From the NCBI GenBank assembly GCA_036985995.1, contig BTQS01000001.1, positions 1 through 50,112 of the forward strand: a DNA stretch of 50,112 nt, read 5' to 3'. This stretch comes from Acidimicrobiia bacterium (GTDB lineage: Bacteria; Actinomycetota; Acidimicrobiia; Spongiisociales; UBA5794). Positions within the stretch are counted from its first letter, which is position 1; each line of letters begins with the position of its first letter. Below are positions 36,124-45,436 of this stretch, piece after piece. The position numbers were made by a program, and so were the translations under genes. The notes below the pieces were generated by a model. That model had not been told where the DNA came from, searched no databases, and was given only the letters and a program-made list of their open reading frames with translations.

Positions 36124-37974
36124 GTGCCGTGTCCGGGTCGAAAGGGATCTACGGTGGCAAGAGACGGAGAGGTGAACGCGCCGCTGACCGGGTCGGTCAT
36201 CGCGGTCGACGTGGAACCCGGCGACATCGTCGCTGCCGGCGCAACTCTGTGCCTGATCGAGTCGATGAAGCTCGAGCACCCGGTCGTATCGCGAACAGAC
36301 GGCACGGTGACTCATGTACATGTGTCGATCGGAGATGTCGTGGCCGAGGGAGACGTGCTGATCGTGGTCGAACCAGGCGACATCGGCTCGCCGACCCGAC
36401 CAGACACAGCGGATGCGGATGGTGAAGTCACAGACCTCGCGGAAGTCGAAGCACGCCGTCGTTTGACCCGCGACGACGCCCGCCCGGAAGCGGTCGAGCG
36501 TATGCACGCCCGCGGCAACCGCACAGCTCGTGAGAAGGTCGCAGCGCTGGTCGACGGTGAGACATTCCGCGAGTACGGAACCTTCGCCATCGCAGCACAG
36601 CGTGCACGACGGTCGGTCGCCGAACTCATCGAACGAACACCGGCCGACGGCCTTGTCGCAGGGGTCGGCTCGATCAACGGTGACGTGTTCACACCGGCAA
36701 GGTCGCTTTCTGCCATCGCGGCGTACGACTTCACCGTGCTCGCGGGGACACAGGGCGCACAGAATCATCGCAAGACCGACCGGCTTCTCGCGGTTGCCGC
36801 AGAGAGGAAGCTCCCGGTGGTCCTTTTCGCCGACGGTGGCGGCGGTCGCCCGGGCGACACTGAGACCGTAGGAAAATCGGGACTTGATCTCTCCACCTTC
36901 GCTGCGTTCGCCAGGCTTTCGGGAACGGTCCCGCTTGTCGCGGTCATTTCCGGATACTGCTTCGCTGGAAACGCGATCCTGGCCGGAATGTGCGACGTCA
37001 TCATCGCCACCGGCGACGCACACATCGGCGCAGGGGGTCCGGCGATGATCGAAGGCGGCGGCCTTGGGATCGTTTCACCGGACGAGATCGGACCTGTACA
37101 TGTGCAGGGTCCCAACGGTGTCATCGACGTCGTCGTCGACGACGACGACGACGCAGTAGCCGCCACCAAGACGTACCTCGCATACTTTCAGGGCAATGTT
37201 CGGGATTGGACGGCACCGGATCAGACGGCTCTTCGAGCTGTCATTCCACAAAGTCGTCGCCGCACCTACGACGTGCGAACCGTCATCTCGACGATCGCCG
37301 ACGTCGATTCGGTGCTGGAACTTCGGTCGACCTTTGGTCAAGCAATCGTCACCAATCTTGCGCGAATCGAGGGTGTTCCCGTTGGCATCATGGCAAACGA
37401 CCCGAGCTACGGAGGTGGCGCCATCGACGCCGACGCGGGTGACAAGGGAGCACGTTTCCTGCAACTCTGTGACACCTTCGGGATTGCCGTTCTGTCACTC
37501 GTCGACACGCCGGGGATCATGGTCGGTCAAGACGCCGAACGGGAAGCGACCGTAAGGCACGCTTCACGTCTGTTCGTCGTCGGAGCGAATGCAGACATAC
37601 CGATCATGGCGGTCGTCACACGGCGCGGATACGGTCTCGGTGCAATGGCCATGACGGGCGGCGGGTTCAAGGACAGCGTGTTCACCGTTGTGTGGCCGTC
37701 GGCAACGATCGGGCCGATGGGTCTCGAGGGAGCTGTGCAACTCGGTTACAGGAGAGAGCTCGAAGCGATCGGCGACGAGAAAGAACGGCAACGGCGCTAC
37801 GACGAACTCGTCGCCGCAGCCTACGAGAACGGCAAGGCGCTCAACGCTGCTACCTGGTTCGATATCGACGAAGTGATCGACCCCGCCGATACGCGGGGGT
37901 GGGTAGCAACGTTCCTGAGGGCCCGCCCGGATCACCGGCGGTGGGGTCGCCGCCCATACGTGGACACCTGGTAG
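36124..37974 (+). CDS. Biotin carboxyl-carrier domain fused to an acyl-CoA carboxyltransferase (PccB/AccD-like) domain
   Basis: 616 aa with a GTG start. The N-terminal biotinyl domain carries the ESMKLE attachment motif (APLTGSVIAVDVEPGDIVAAGATLCLIESMKLEHPV...). About 530 aa of carboxyltransferase follow (GGGRPGD..., MAVVTRRGYGLGAMAM). Confidence 0.85.
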   Translation: MPCPGRKGSTVARDGEVNAPLTGSVIAVDVEPGDIVAAGATLCLIESMKLEHPVVSRTDGTVTHVHVSIGDVVAEGDVLIVVEPGDIGSPTRPDTADADGEVTDLAEVEARRRLTRDDARPEAVERMHARGNRTAREKVAALVDGETFREYGTFAIAAQRARRSVAELIERTPADGLVAGVGSINGDVFTPARSLSAIAAYDFTVLAGTQGAQNHRKTDRLLAVAAERKLPVVLFADGGGGRPGDTETVGKSGLDLSTFAAFARLSGTVPLVAVISGYCFAGNAILAGMCDVIIATGDAHIGAGGPAMIEGGGLGIVSPDEIGPVHVQGPNGVIDVVVDDDDDAVAATKTYLAYFQGNVRDWTAPDQTALRAVIPQSRRRTYDVRTVISTIADVDSVLELRSTFGQAIVTNLARIEGVPVGIMANDPSYGGGAIDADAGDKGARFLQLCDTFGIAVLSLVDTPGIMVGQDAEREATVRHASRLFVVGANADIPIMAVVTRRGYGLGAMAMTGGGFKDSVFTVVWPSATIGPMGLEGAVQLGYRRELEAIGDEKERQRRYDELVAAAYENGKALNAATWFDIDEVIDPADTRGWVATFLRARPDHRRWGRRPYVDTW

Positions 37975-37995
37975 CAAGCTACGATCCTCGGTCTA

Positions 37996-38931
37996 TCAGC
38001 TTCTGGATGTCAAAGCGACAGCTACTTGCGCGGCGACCTGCGCGTTGTTCTCCGAAAGTGCGAGATTCGCCGGGATGTTGCGCCCGTCGAGCGCCTTTGA
38101 TATCTCACCCAGAACGAAAGGTGTCACCGCCGCGCCCGTGATCCCATTGACCTCGACCAGTTCGAGCGCGTCATTCATAGCGCCCTGGATGTCTGACGAA
38201 GGCAGCGCAGCCTCCTGAGGGACGGGCACAGCGAGCAACACGCCTCCCTCGCCCCACGCGAACCGAGCAGTGAGTAGGTCTGCAACTTCCTCAACGGAGT
38301 CGAGGCGGAGGGGAACAGGCAGCCCGCTCGAGCGGGCGTAGAACATCGGGAAGTCATCTGTTCGATATCCGACCACGGGAACCGAGAGCATTTCGAGGTG
38401 CTCGAGCGTTCGAGGAATATCGAGGAACGCCTTCGCCCCTGCCGACACCGTCAACACACGATGTCGTGCGATGGCACCAAGGTCGGCCGACACGTCTCCC
38501 GTCTCGGAGGACCTGTGATGCACGCCTCCGATGCCCCCGGTTGCGAACACCGTGATTCCAGCCCGCGCGGCAATAGCAAGCGAGGCCGACACTGTGGTGG
38601 CGCCGACCGGCCAACGCTGGGACACGGCAGCGGCGATGTCGCGTTCGGCCGTCTTCGTCGCGGGTCCGAGGATACGCTCGTAGGCGTCCGCTTCGAGCCC
38701 CACCCGAACGGCACCGTCCATGACGGCCGTGACGGCGGGCACCGCTCCGACGTTGGAAACGGCGGCGAGGGTCCGGGTGAGAGCTTCTTCATTGGCGGGC
38801 GAAGGGAGACCGAGATTGGAGAAGATGGTGCTCTCGAGGGCAACGACGGGTCGTCCCGCGTCGAGCGCGTCGCGTACCGGTGCGCTCACGATCATGTCGG
38901 CCATTCGGTTCTCCGCTCCCGCTGCATGCAT
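37996..38931 (-). CDS. psuG: Pseudouridine-5'-phosphate glycosidase
   Basis: 311 aa. VVALESTIFSNLGLP and ATGGIGGVHH indicate the IndA/PsuG family. An alternative start is ATG 38904 with GGAG upstream. Confidence 0.88.
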   Translation of the reverse strand: MHAAGAENRMADMIVSAPVRDALDAGRPVVALESTIFSNLGLPSPANEEALTRTLAAVSNVGAVPAVTAVMDGAVRVGLEADAYERILGPATKTAERDIAAAVSQRWPVGATTVSASLAIAARAGITVFATGGIGGVHHRSSETGDVSADLGAIARHRVLTVSAGAKAFLDIPRTLEHLEMLSVPVVGYRTDDFPMFYARSSGLPVPLRLDSVEEVADLLTARFAWGEGGVLLAVPVPQEAALPSSDIQGAMNDALELVEVNGITGAAVTPFVLGEISKALDGRNIPANLALSENNAQVAAQVAVALTSRS

Positions 38932-38940
38932 CCCATGAGC

Positions 38941-39789
38941 CTACGGGGCACGCTGCGTCAGCACGTGCGCGGCCAGGCGGTGCCCGGCGACGAGAGCCCG
39001 CTCGATATCGGCGTCCTCCATCAATGCGGTGATGAGCCCCGCCGCGAACGCATCGCCCGCTCCCGTTGTGTCGCGTACCTGGCCCAGGTGAACGGCAGGA
39101 ACACTCGCAAGAAGTCCGCTCTCGTCCATCGCGATCGCCGGGTCGGGCCCTGCCTTGACCACGGTGACGACGGAGCTCGACATTCCGCCCATCTCGTCTA
39201 CTCCGAGGACGACGGCCTCGTCCTGGTTACACAGAACAATTTCGGGCTCGAGGCCCGTCAGCATGCGTCTGAACGCATCAACGCCGTACTCGTTGATGAT
39301 CGCCATTGAAGATACGTCGATGCTCACCGATCCCCCGTTCGCTCGAACGCGCTCGATGGCTGCTTTGGAGGTATCCGCGAGCGAACCCGTGACGAGCGAA
39401 TATGCAGGGACATGTAACCAGGTCACACCGGCGAGATCCGTGGCTCCAATACGGTCGAGGTCTACCGCCGCGGCGCGGTCCGGCAACATCGATCGCTCGC
39501 CACTCTCATCGACGAGCACCACGATCGTGCCGGTCCGGCCTTCTCGTTGGACGACAGGGTCGACGCCTGCCGCCTGTAGATCGTCGATGAGAGCCCCGCC
39601 TACGGCATCGGAGCCGACCCTTCCAATGAAACGCACCCTTGCTCCGATGGATGCAGCGGCTACCGCCACGTTGGCCGCGCTTCCACCTCGACGGCGGTGA
39701 ATAGTCACGTCCGTGTCGGTACCCGTCGCGATGTCACAGGACAGCCACACGACGACGTCTTCAACGAGATCTCCGATACAACACAGCAC
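38941..39789 (-). CDS. psuK: PfkB-family kinase, probable pseudouridine kinase
   Basis: 282 aa with the PfkB signature TTGAGDAFAAG and N-terminal CIGDLVEDVVV. It lies immediately upstream of psuG on the same strand. Confidence 0.75.
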   Translation of the reverse strand: MLCCIGDLVEDVVVWLSCDIATGTDTDVTIHRRRGGSAANVAVAAASIGARVRFIGRVGSDAVGGALIDDLQAAGVDPVVQREGRTGTIVVLVDESGERSMLPDRAAAVDLDRIGATDLAGVTWLHVPAYSLVTGSLADTSKAAIERVRANGGSVSIDVSSMAIINEYGVDAFRRMLTGLEPEIVLCNQDEAVVLGVDEMGGMSSSVVTVVKAGPDPAIAMDESGLLASVPAVHLGQVRDTTGAGDAFAAGLITALMEDADIERALVAGHRLAAHVLTQRAP

Positions 39790-39855
39790 TGCGATCGATG
39801 AGCGTACCGGCTCGACTTGCCCATTGATTCACGCTGAGGCGATAGTCTCCAAGCC

Positions 39856-40887
39856 GTGCCGAAATCGAGGACGGTCTCACTGGTTGCGCTGCTGTTGGTG
39901 TTGGGGCTGACAGCGGCAGCATGCCAGGGCGTGGAGGACGCTCCAGATTCGGGCGGGTCCGTTGGTTTGGATTCTGATGCGATGCAGCTTCCCTCAGGCT
40001 TCGACGTTCAAGGTCACCGCGGGGCACGAGGCCTCAAGCCGGAGAACACCTTGCCGGCGTTCGAAACCGCACTCGATCTCGGCGTCTCGACGCTCGAACT
40101 CGATCTGCACTTCTCCGCAGATGGAGAGGTCGTCGTCTCCCACGATCCGGTCATCGATCCGCGAAAATGCGGCCTCAGATCCGGGGCTCCCTCGGACATC
40201 CCGGACCCGGATGACCCTGCAACCCCCAACTCTGCCCTCGCCGTGCGGTCGCTGACCGTAGAGCAGTTGGAATGGTTCCGATGTGATCGAAATCCCGACC
40301 CAAGCAGGTTTCCGGATCAGGATTCAGCGCCGACGGCACTCGCTGCAGACGACTTCGGAATCATCACCCTCGACGAACTGATCGCGTTCGTTGAGCGGTA
40401 TGCCGCTTCGGAGTCGAAAACCGATACGCAGAGGCAAGGTGCCAGAGTCGTGACATTCAACGTCGAGACGAAGCGTGAACGTGACAATCCGGACACGATC
40501 GACGACGGCTTCGACGGTAAGAACGTCGGCCCGTTCGAGCAGCGACTTCTGGAGGTGATCGAGGCCCGCACCATCGGCGGCCGCGTCGTCGTCCAGAGTT
40601 TCGATCGTCGATCACTGGAGGCCATCCACCGGGCGGACGCTTCGATTCGCCTTGCAATGCTCACGAGGAGCAACGATGTGGACATCAAGGCATACGCCGA
40701 GTTCGGCGCTTCCATCTGGTCACCGAAGTCGATAACGGTCGACACCGAACGCGTCGCCGAGGCTCATGCCGCCGGACTCAAGGTGGTCCCGTGGACCGTG
40801 AACAGCCTCGAAGAGATCAAAGCGCTCCTAGATTTCGGCGTCGACGGCGTGATCACAGACCGCCCGGACCTCTTGCTAGCCCGATAG
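39856..40887 (+). CDS. Glycerophosphodiester phosphodiesterase lipoprotein
   Basis: 343 aa with a GTG start and lipobox LLLVLGLTAAACQG. GDPD motifs: HRGARGLKPENTLPAF, ELDLH and VSHD. Confidence 0.88.
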   Translation: MPKSRTVSLVALLLVLGLTAAACQGVEDAPDSGGSVGLDSDAMQLPSGFDVQGHRGARGLKPENTLPAFETALDLGVSTLELDLHFSADGEVVVSHDPVIDPRKCGLRSGAPSDIPDPDDPATPNSALAVRSLTVEQLEWFRCDRNPDPSRFPDQDSAPTALAADDFGIITLDELIAFVERYAASESKTDTQRQGARVVTFNVETKRERDNPDTIDDGFDGKNVGPFEQRLLEVIEARTIGGRVVVQSFDRRSLEAIHRADASIRLAMLTRSNDVDIKAYAEFGASIWSPKSITVDTERVAEAHAAGLKVVPWTVNSLEEIKALLDFGVDGVITDRPDLLLAR

Positions 40888-40938
40888 ACACGGCTGTCGC
40901 CCCGGAATGAGCGGGACTCCCGGTCGGTTCTTCGGCGT

Positions 40939-43245
40939 ATGGAACCGCGAACAGCATCCGATCTGGCGCCGTCGCTCGAGGACGAGCGCATCCGGCCGTT
41001 CCTTCCTCTTGTCTACCTCGCATGGTCGGATGGCGAATTGACACGAGACGAGATCGAAGGCGTCTGTGCCGAGGTAGCACGCCACGCCGGAATCGATCTC
41101 GACTGTCAGGTCGCCCTTCGGCACTGGCTCGATCCCGACAGGCCGCCGTCGCCTGTTGAACTCGAATTGCTTCGATCCCGGGTCGCGGCATGGGCAGCAA
41201 CGGTCGATCTTCCCGACAGCGCGTCTGTCGCTGATCTCGGAATAGCCATCGCGGAGTCCACGCGCCCTGATGCGTCCGTTTCACAAGACGAACGAGCCGC
41301 TCTCGCCGATATCGAATCCCGCTACGGTCCGCTCGGCCCAACCCCACCAGCGCTCGGCGCCTCGATTCGGCTGCGAGACATCGTCGCCCCAGAGGGGTCG
41401 TTCGAGCCGGCTCAGCTCACAACCGTACTCGACGGACAATGGGCGCACGCTCGACGTCAGATGAGAGAGGTGCTGGCCAGACCTGAATTTATATACAAGA
41501 ACGACCTGAGCAAGAGCGACTATCGCGAACTCGTACTGCGCTGGACACAGATCCTCGCAGACGAAGGGTTCGGTTCCCTGGGCTATCCGGCACCGTACGG
41601 CGCCGACGACCTTGGCGCTTTCGTGGCGGCGTTCGCCACGCTCGGGCATCACGATCTCAGCCTTCTGACGAAGTTCGGTGTGCAGTTCGGGCTGTTCGGC
41701 GGTTCGGTCTCCAGATTGGGCACCGACCGGCATCATGCTGAGTACCTCTCCGATATCGGCTCGCTGGCGCTCCCCGGATGCTTCGCGATGACTGAGACCG
41801 GTCACGGATCGAACGTGCGCGATCTCGAAACCACCGCTACGTACGACGCAAACTCCGACGAGCTCGTGATCTCAACGCCGTGCGATCTGGCGCGTAAGGA
41901 CTACATCGGGAACGCTGCCTCCCACGGTCGCCTCGCGGTTGTGTTCGCAAGACTGCTCGTGGATGCAACGGACCATGGCGTCCACGCCGTCCTCGTTCCG
42001 ATCCGCGATACCGACGGATCTGTGCTGCCGGGGATCCGGATCGAAGACAATGAGAGCAAGGGCGGTCTCAACGGGGTCGACAACGGCCGGATCTGGTTCG
42101 ATAGCGTCCGCGTTCCCAGATCGGCGCTGCTCGACCGGTTCGGCTCGATCGGTGAGGACGGGGTGTACACGAGCGACATTCCCAATCCCGATCGCCGGTT
42201 CTTCACCATGATCGGCACGCTGGTCGGCGGCCGGGTCAGTGTCGGCGCCGCCTCGGTGAACGTCGCGAAGTCGGCGCTCACCATTGCGTTGCGGTATGCG
42301 CACAGGCGACGTCAGTTCGGTCCAGCACCCGAGGCCGAGGCACTCCTCATCGAGTATCCACTGCACCAGCATCGCATGATTCCGCGCCTCGCCGCGACCT
42401 ACGCCTACCACTTTGCCTTCGAGGAACTGATCGGCGAATTCGCGAGCGGATCAGGTGATCAGCGAGATCTCGAGGCAACGGCGGCGGGATTGAAGGCCTT
42501 CGCTACCTGGCAAGCACTCGACACAATCCAGGCAGCCCGCGAGGCTTGTGGAGGGCAGGGATTCCTCACGGAAAACCGGTTGACGTCGATGCGCTCTGAT
42601 GCAGACATCTTCACGACGTATGAGGGAGACAACACCGTCCTCACCCAGCTGGTGGCGAAAGGCTTGCTGAGCGAGTTCCGTCAGCAGTTCGAATCTATGA
42701 GCGCGACGGGGATGGTCCGCTATGTGTTCCACCGTGCAGCAGCCGTAGTTGCCGAGTCGAGTCCACTCACCGTGAGTCCAACCGATGAGGGCCATCTGCT
42801 CGACGCAACATGGCAGATCGAACAACTCCACTGGCGACGAATGCACCAGGTGGAATCGCTGGCCAAACGGATGAAAAAGCGGTTCGATTCCGGGTCACAG
42901 CCCTTCGATGCCTTCACCGAGGTCCAAACTCATGCTATGCGCGCAGCCGCAAGCCACGTCGACTGGATCGTGTTGAAAGCCTTCGCGTCGGCCGCCACGA
43001 ACGTCGAAAGCGACCAGGTTCGCGCCATTCTGGACCGACTCCGAGCACTTCACGGCCTGGCAGTTATCGGCGCCGACCTTGCGTGGTATCAGGAACACGG
43101 CCACCTGAGTGCGGCGAGCGCACGAGCGATTCGCAAGCTCCACGACCGACTTGTTCGAGAGATCGCGCCCGAATCCCTTGCCCTCGTCGAAGCGTTCGCC
43201 ATTCCCGACCAGGTTCTTGCAGCACCGATCGCCGCCAAGGGATGA
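40939..43245 (+). CDS. Acyl-CoA oxidase/dehydrogenase family protein with about 150-aa N-terminal extension
   Basis: 768 aa. ACAD/ACOX core: CFAMTETGHGSNVRDLETTATYD, YEGDNTVL and a long ACOX-type C-terminal helical domain. I could not assign the N-terminal ~150 aa. Confidence 0.8.
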   Translation: MEPRTASDLAPSLEDERIRPFLPLVYLAWSDGELTRDEIEGVCAEVARHAGIDLDCQVALRHWLDPDRPPSPVELELLRSRVAAWAATVDLPDSASVADLGIAIAESTRPDASVSQDERAALADIESRYGPLGPTPPALGASIRLRDIVAPEGSFEPAQLTTVLDGQWAHARRQMREVLARPEFIYKNDLSKSDYRELVLRWTQILADEGFGSLGYPAPYGADDLGAFVAAFATLGHHDLSLLTKFGVQFGLFGGSVSRLGTDRHHAEYLSDIGSLALPGCFAMTETGHGSNVRDLETTATYDANSDELVISTPCDLARKDYIGNAASHGRLAVVFARLLVDATDHGVHAVLVPIRDTDGSVLPGIRIEDNESKGGLNGVDNGRIWFDSVRVPRSALLDRFGSIGEDGVYTSDIPNPDRRFFTMIGTLVGGRVSVGAASVNVAKSALTIALRYAHRRRQFGPAPEAEALLIEYPLHQHRMIPRLAATYAYHFAFEELIGEFASGSGDQRDLEATAAGLKAFATWQALDTIQAAREACGGQGFLTENRLTSMRSDADIFTTYEGDNTVLTQLVAKGLLSEFRQQFESMSATGMVRYVFHRAAAVVAESSPLTVSPTDEGHLLDATWQIEQLHWRRMHQVESLAKRMKKRFDSGSQPFDAFTEVQTHAMRAAASHVDWIVLKAFASAATNVESDQVRAILDRLRALHGLAVIGADLAWYQEHGHLSAASARAIRKLHDRLVREIAPESLALVEAFAIPDQVLAAPIAAKG

Positions 43246-43338
43246 CGATAAGCGACCCACACCGTGACACCCGCCACAGCCTCGTCAGCATCTGTGGCAC
43301 CGAAGCAATGGCGACTGAGATGATTCTCGACAGCGCCT

Positions 43339-43360
43339 GACCGCCGGCTGCCCGGCAGTC
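43339..43360. terminator. Candidate bidirectional stem-loop between convergent ACOX-like and cfa genes
   Basis: GAC-c-GCCGG CTGC CCGGC-a-GTC lies immediately next to the cfa stop at 43362. A second hairpin GCCACAG-N12-CTGTGGC lies upstream in the same gap. No U-tract follows. Confidence 0.3.
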
Positions 43361-43361
43361 T

Positions 43362-44603
43362 TCAGGTCCAGGCGGGTCTGAGGGGCATCCCGCTCGCTCC
43401 GGTGTCGGGCGTCTTGACGGCGAGCACCTGATCGACATGGATGCGGCCGTCTTCGAACATGACCGCGCTACCCGCCATATAGAGGCGCCACACCCTCGCT
43501 CGGCCCACACCGGCATCGGCTACCGCCTCATCCCAGTTCGCTTCCAGATTCGCAACCCACCGCCGCAACGTGAGCGCATAGTGCTCCCTGAGGTTCTCCA
43601 TATGGCGAACCTCCATGCCTCGATCCTGGAGCGCCGAGATGGTGCTGCCGACCTCGTGAAGCTCCCCATCGGGGAACACGTACCGATCGATGAAGCTCGA
43701 CCTGTGAAGGCGCGTGCTCTGCGGAGGCTCGGCCCGGCTGATCGCGTGGTTGACGACACGCCCACCCGGTACGAGTAAGTCCTTGACCTGAGCGAAGTAG
43801 GTTCCCAGGCGCGCCAACCCCACATGTTCGAACATCCCGATCGAACTGATCGCATCGAACGGGCCATCATCGATCTCTCGATAGTCCTGAAGCCGGATGT
43901 CGATCCGATCCGTCAACCCGGCGTCGGCTACCCGTTTCGTCGCCAGGTCGACCTGATTGCGTGAGATCGTGACACCTACCGCCTCTACACCGTGATGCTG
44001 GGCAGCATGCAACGCCATTCCGCCCCAACCACAGCCGATGTCGAGCAGACGCATCCCTGGCCGAAGCCCGAGCTTGCGACAGATCAACTCGTACTTGTTC
44101 GCCTGGGCCGCCTCGAGCGTATCTGTCGCATCCTCGAACACGGCGCACGAATACGTCAAAGAAGGACCGAGAACCAATCGGTAGAAATCGTTCGAGACAT
44201 CGTAGTGATACGAAACTGCCTCAGAGTCTCGGCCACGGGTATGCAGACGGCCACGACTCCGACGATGCTCCTCCGGAGGCGGCGTCGGGCGTCGGAGGCT
44301 CCGCACACCGATCAATCGCACCAGGTCACGTATCTCACGTGGGGTGAGCTTCACCTCGGGCAACCGACGTCGCAGCTCCAGCACTGTGTAGATATCGCCC
44401 TCTATATCGATATCGCCCGCAACGTACGCACGCGCCACCCCGAGCTCACCGGGAGCGGTCACCATCCGGGACAAGGCGTCTCGTGATCGTATCGTCACCG
44501 TCGCCGCTGCATCCTTGGGACCCACATCGGTGCCGTCGAAAGCCTTGATGCGCACGGGCAGGTCAGATCCCAACCATCCCTTGATAAAGGACTCCAGTGC
44601 CAT
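43362..44603 (-). CDS. cfa: Cyclopropane-fatty-acyl-phospholipid synthase family SAM-dependent methyltransferase
   Basis: 413 aa. SAM motif LLDIGCGWGGMALHAA, with CMAS-family sequence throughout (YDVSNDFYRLVLGPSLTYSCA, FEHVG). Confidence 0.88.
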   Translation of the reverse strand: MALESFIKGWLGSDLPVRIKAFDGTDVGPKDAAATVTIRSRDALSRMVTAPGELGVARAYVAGDIDIEGDIYTVLELRRRLPEVKLTPREIRDLVRLIGVRSLRRPTPPPEEHRRSRGRLHTRGRDSEAVSYHYDVSNDFYRLVLGPSLTYSCAVFEDATDTLEAAQANKYELICRKLGLRPGMRLLDIGCGWGGMALHAAQHHGVEAVGVTISRNQVDLATKRVADAGLTDRIDIRLQDYREIDDGPFDAISSIGMFEHVGLARLGTYFAQVKDLLVPGGRVVNHAISRAEPPQSTRLHRSSFIDRYVFPDGELHEVGSTISALQDRGMEVRHMENLREHYALTLRRWVANLEANWDEAVADAGVGRARVWRLYMAGSAVMFEDGRIHVDQVLAVKTPDTGASGMPLRPAWT

Positions 44604-44712
44604 GTGCCAACTCCTCCTACTTACGTCGCAGCCCCAAGCCTCGCGAGCGGGCGTTCAGTCCGTGTGCGACAGTCGTACACCTTCCTGTCGAATGGAATGT
44701 CAAGCAAAACGG

Positions 44713-45183
44713 TCAGAGGTGCGAATGAAGGTGGCCCGTCGTATGGAGATGATCGAGATGCATTCCCGCGGCCGGACCTACATCGACCCCCGCAGCGATG
44801 GTTTGGCATCGGTTGGGATCCGTGCAGTCCTCAGGATCAAGGCTCTTGGCTCGCTCGGTGAGGGCAACAAGCTGTTCCCGCGTACTGTGAAGGTTCTCAA
44901 TGTACTGATCGAGATCCTCGAGGTGCCGATCGAGGAGCTCGATGACGTGGTGACATCTGCCCTCTCCATTGCCGCTGAGATCGAGAATGGAGGCGATCTC
45001 CATCAGGGTCAACCCGGTCGCTTGAGCATCGCGAATGAATCGCAACCGCTGCGCAGCCTCATCCCGGTATTCGCGGTACCCGTTCGGAGCCCGGTCGGGC
45101 TCAGGGAGAAGTCCGATGTCCTCGTAGTAGCGGATCGTCTTGGTCGGGACACCTGTCCGTCTGCCGAGTTCGCCGATTTTCAT
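44713..45183 (-). CDS. MerR-family metal-responsive transcriptional regulator
   Basis: 156 aa with HTH MKIGELGRRTGVPTKTIRYYEDIGLL. C-terminal Cys pair EDCTDPNRC and a His-rich tail (HLDHLHTTGHLHSHL) are present. It is divergent from copA. Confidence 0.88.
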   Translation of the reverse strand: MKIGELGRRTGVPTKTIRYYEDIGLLPEPDRAPNGYREYRDEAAQRLRFIRDAQATGLTLMEIASILDLSGNGEGRCHHVIELLDRHLEDLDQYIENLHSTREQLVALTERAKSLDPEDCTDPNRCQTIAAGVDVGPAAGMHLDHLHTTGHLHSHL

Positions 45184-45234
45184 GATCGGAAGTATACGCG
45201 AATTTTCATGACCGAAGTATACCCCAAAAGGCGC

Positions 45235-45266
45235 TTGACATTCTAGTCGGCTGGAAGGTGTACGTT
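45235..45266 (+). promoter_or_regulatory. MerR-type promoter candidate for copA (long spacer with imperfect dyad)
   Basis: TTGACA at 45235..45240 and TACGTT at 45261..45266 are separated by a 20-nt spacer. In the spacer region, GACATTCTAG and CTGGAAGGTG match as an inverted repeat at 7 of 10 positions. Confidence 0.5.
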
Positions 45267-45436
45267 CGTCACATTGAGATACGAAACCCCGTTTCGACGT
45301 ATCGGGCCCAACACCAGGAGTGCAGTAATGACATCATATTCACCACGTCACGACACCGACCCCGGTACCGTGACGCAACGCGATTCGATCTTTGGATCAA
45401 GGACGGATCTGCTGTACAGGGAAACGGAGAACGCTG

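Noticed and set aside
36091-37023. 310-aa minus-strand ORF (and the similar 35353..36087 ORF)
   Set aside because: Both lie antisense to the BCCP-carboxyltransferase gene and metX respectively, which have strong family motifs on the plus strand.
37129-37146. 18-nt perfect palindrome GTCGTCGTCGACGACGAC
   Set aside because: It lies inside the carboxyltransferase CDS, where it encodes a VVVDDDDD run. It is a codon-repeat artefact of a low-complexity acidic loop rather than a regulatory site.
44515-45246. 243-aa plus-strand ORF over the merR region
   Set aside because: The minus-strand MerR HTH (MKIGELGRRTGVPTKTIRYYEDIGLL) is unambiguous. The plus-strand product has no motifs.
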